From: Deltaproteobacteria bacterium
Lineage (GTDB): Bacteria > Desulfobacterota > Syntrophia > Syntrophales > UBA8958
Assembly (NCBI GenBank): GCA_026388335.1
Contig: JAPLJZ010000079.1
Coordinates: 2,586 to 66,585, forward strand
DNA length: 64,000 nt
Reading direction: 5' to 3'
The position numbers and the translations under genes are program-made. The notes under the pieces are model-generated. The model ran no database searches, had not been told where the DNA came from, and was given only the letters and a program-made list of their open reading frames with translations. This document shows, one piece after another, positions 63,670 to 64,000 of the stretch; the first letter of the stretch is position 1; each line of letters opens with the position of its first letter.

Positions 63670-64000
63670 ATGGCCACAATGATCCCTTCCGACATCCTTA
63701 CCTTCACAACACCAGGCGAGCGGGCCTTTTACAGGTTTCTCCAAACCTGTGCCAAGCCGGATGATAGATACATTGCCTGGTATCAGCCGGATATAGCAGG
63801 TCATGAGCCTGATTTCATCCTCTACGCCCAAGACGCAGGATTGGTCATATTCGAGGTTAAGGACTGGTCCCTTGATCAGATCATTGATGCCGATCCCCAA
63901 TTCTTCACTCTGTATATCGAGGGAAAAGAAGAACGGCGCAAGAACCCCGTCCAGCAAATCCGGGACTATTTCGGGCGGGTCATGGACAAGATCAAAAAAG
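63670..64000 (+). CDS. NERD-domain (nuclease-related) protein, N-terminal 110 codons (runs off the window end)
   Basis: Hand translation gives MATMIPSDILTFTTPGERAFYRFLQTCAKPDDRYIAWYQPDIAGHEPDFILYAQDAGLVIFEVKDWSLDQI... This fits the NERD pattern GE..FY..L.......(Y).......G.EPDF.L....G..V.EVKDW. It is absent from the ORF track because no stop codon falls in the window. Confidence 0.65.
   Translation, partial: MATMIPSDILTFTTPGERAFYRFLQTCAKPDDRYIAWYQPDIAGHEPDFILYAQDAGLVIFEVKDWSLDQIIDADPQFFTLYIEGKEERRKNPVQQIRDYFGRVMDKIKK

Noticed and set aside
63574-63957. 127-aa minus-strand ORF
   Set aside because: The opposite strand encodes a convincing NERD-domain N-terminus that runs off the window. This ORF has no motifs.

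Overview
This 64-kb window is chromosomal DNA at roughly 50% GC. It probably comes from a motile deltaproteobacterium (Desulfobacterota or Syntrophia-like), but that assignment rests only on gene content and sigma-54 usage. All calls come from reading the ORF track and sequence by eye; no searches were run.

**Layout**
- **1-26.4 kb, minus strand.** A flagellar export, basal-body and hook supercluster in Firmicute/spirochaete-like order: flgB-flgC-fliE-F-G-H-I-J, ylxF/motE-like, fliK-flgD-flgE, flbD-like, motA-like, fliL-M-N-O-P-Q-R, flhB-A-F and the start of flhG. Upstream sit a SPOR/TPR protein, a soluble FlgS-like kinase and a sigma-54 FlgR/FlrC-like activator.
- **26.5-44.9 kb.** A pilZ-motA-motB operon, a cheD-HDOD-cheX-like-cheY-cheX operon and a second sigma-54 activator. 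These are followed by mcp-cheR-cheY-cheB-cheA-cheW, two tandem secreted sCache_2 proteins and two more MCPs.
- **45-54.8 kb.** A signalling module: two tandem hybrid PAS kinases, a REC protein, a CheX-fusion protein, HDOD, an MBL-fold hydrolase and an HD-GYP protein.
- **54.8-55.6 kb.** An enoyl-CoA hydratase.
- **55.64 kb onward.** A 50-nt 3' fragment of tRNA-Pro(UGG) marks the switch to accessory DNA. That DNA holds an Mrr-like PD-(D/E)xK nuclease protein, a 1402-aa AT-rich NO VEIN-like protein (sacsin-type GHKL ATPase plus DUF3883-like nuclease), a decayed transposase scar and the start of a NERD-domain gene.

**Regulation.** I hand-identified eight GG-N10-GC sigma-54 promoters placed directly upstream of operon starts.

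**Best leads**
1. The tRNA-bounded nuclease island with the giant NOV-like protein, whose ATPase motifs appear in permuted order.
2. CheA carries a tandem MshEN/T2SSE_N-type (c-di-GMP receptor-like) motif where the P2 domain should be.
3. Stand-alone secreted Cache proteins sit next to 4HB-type MCPs.
4. A pilZ-motAB operon coexists with an orphan motA inside the flagellar operon.
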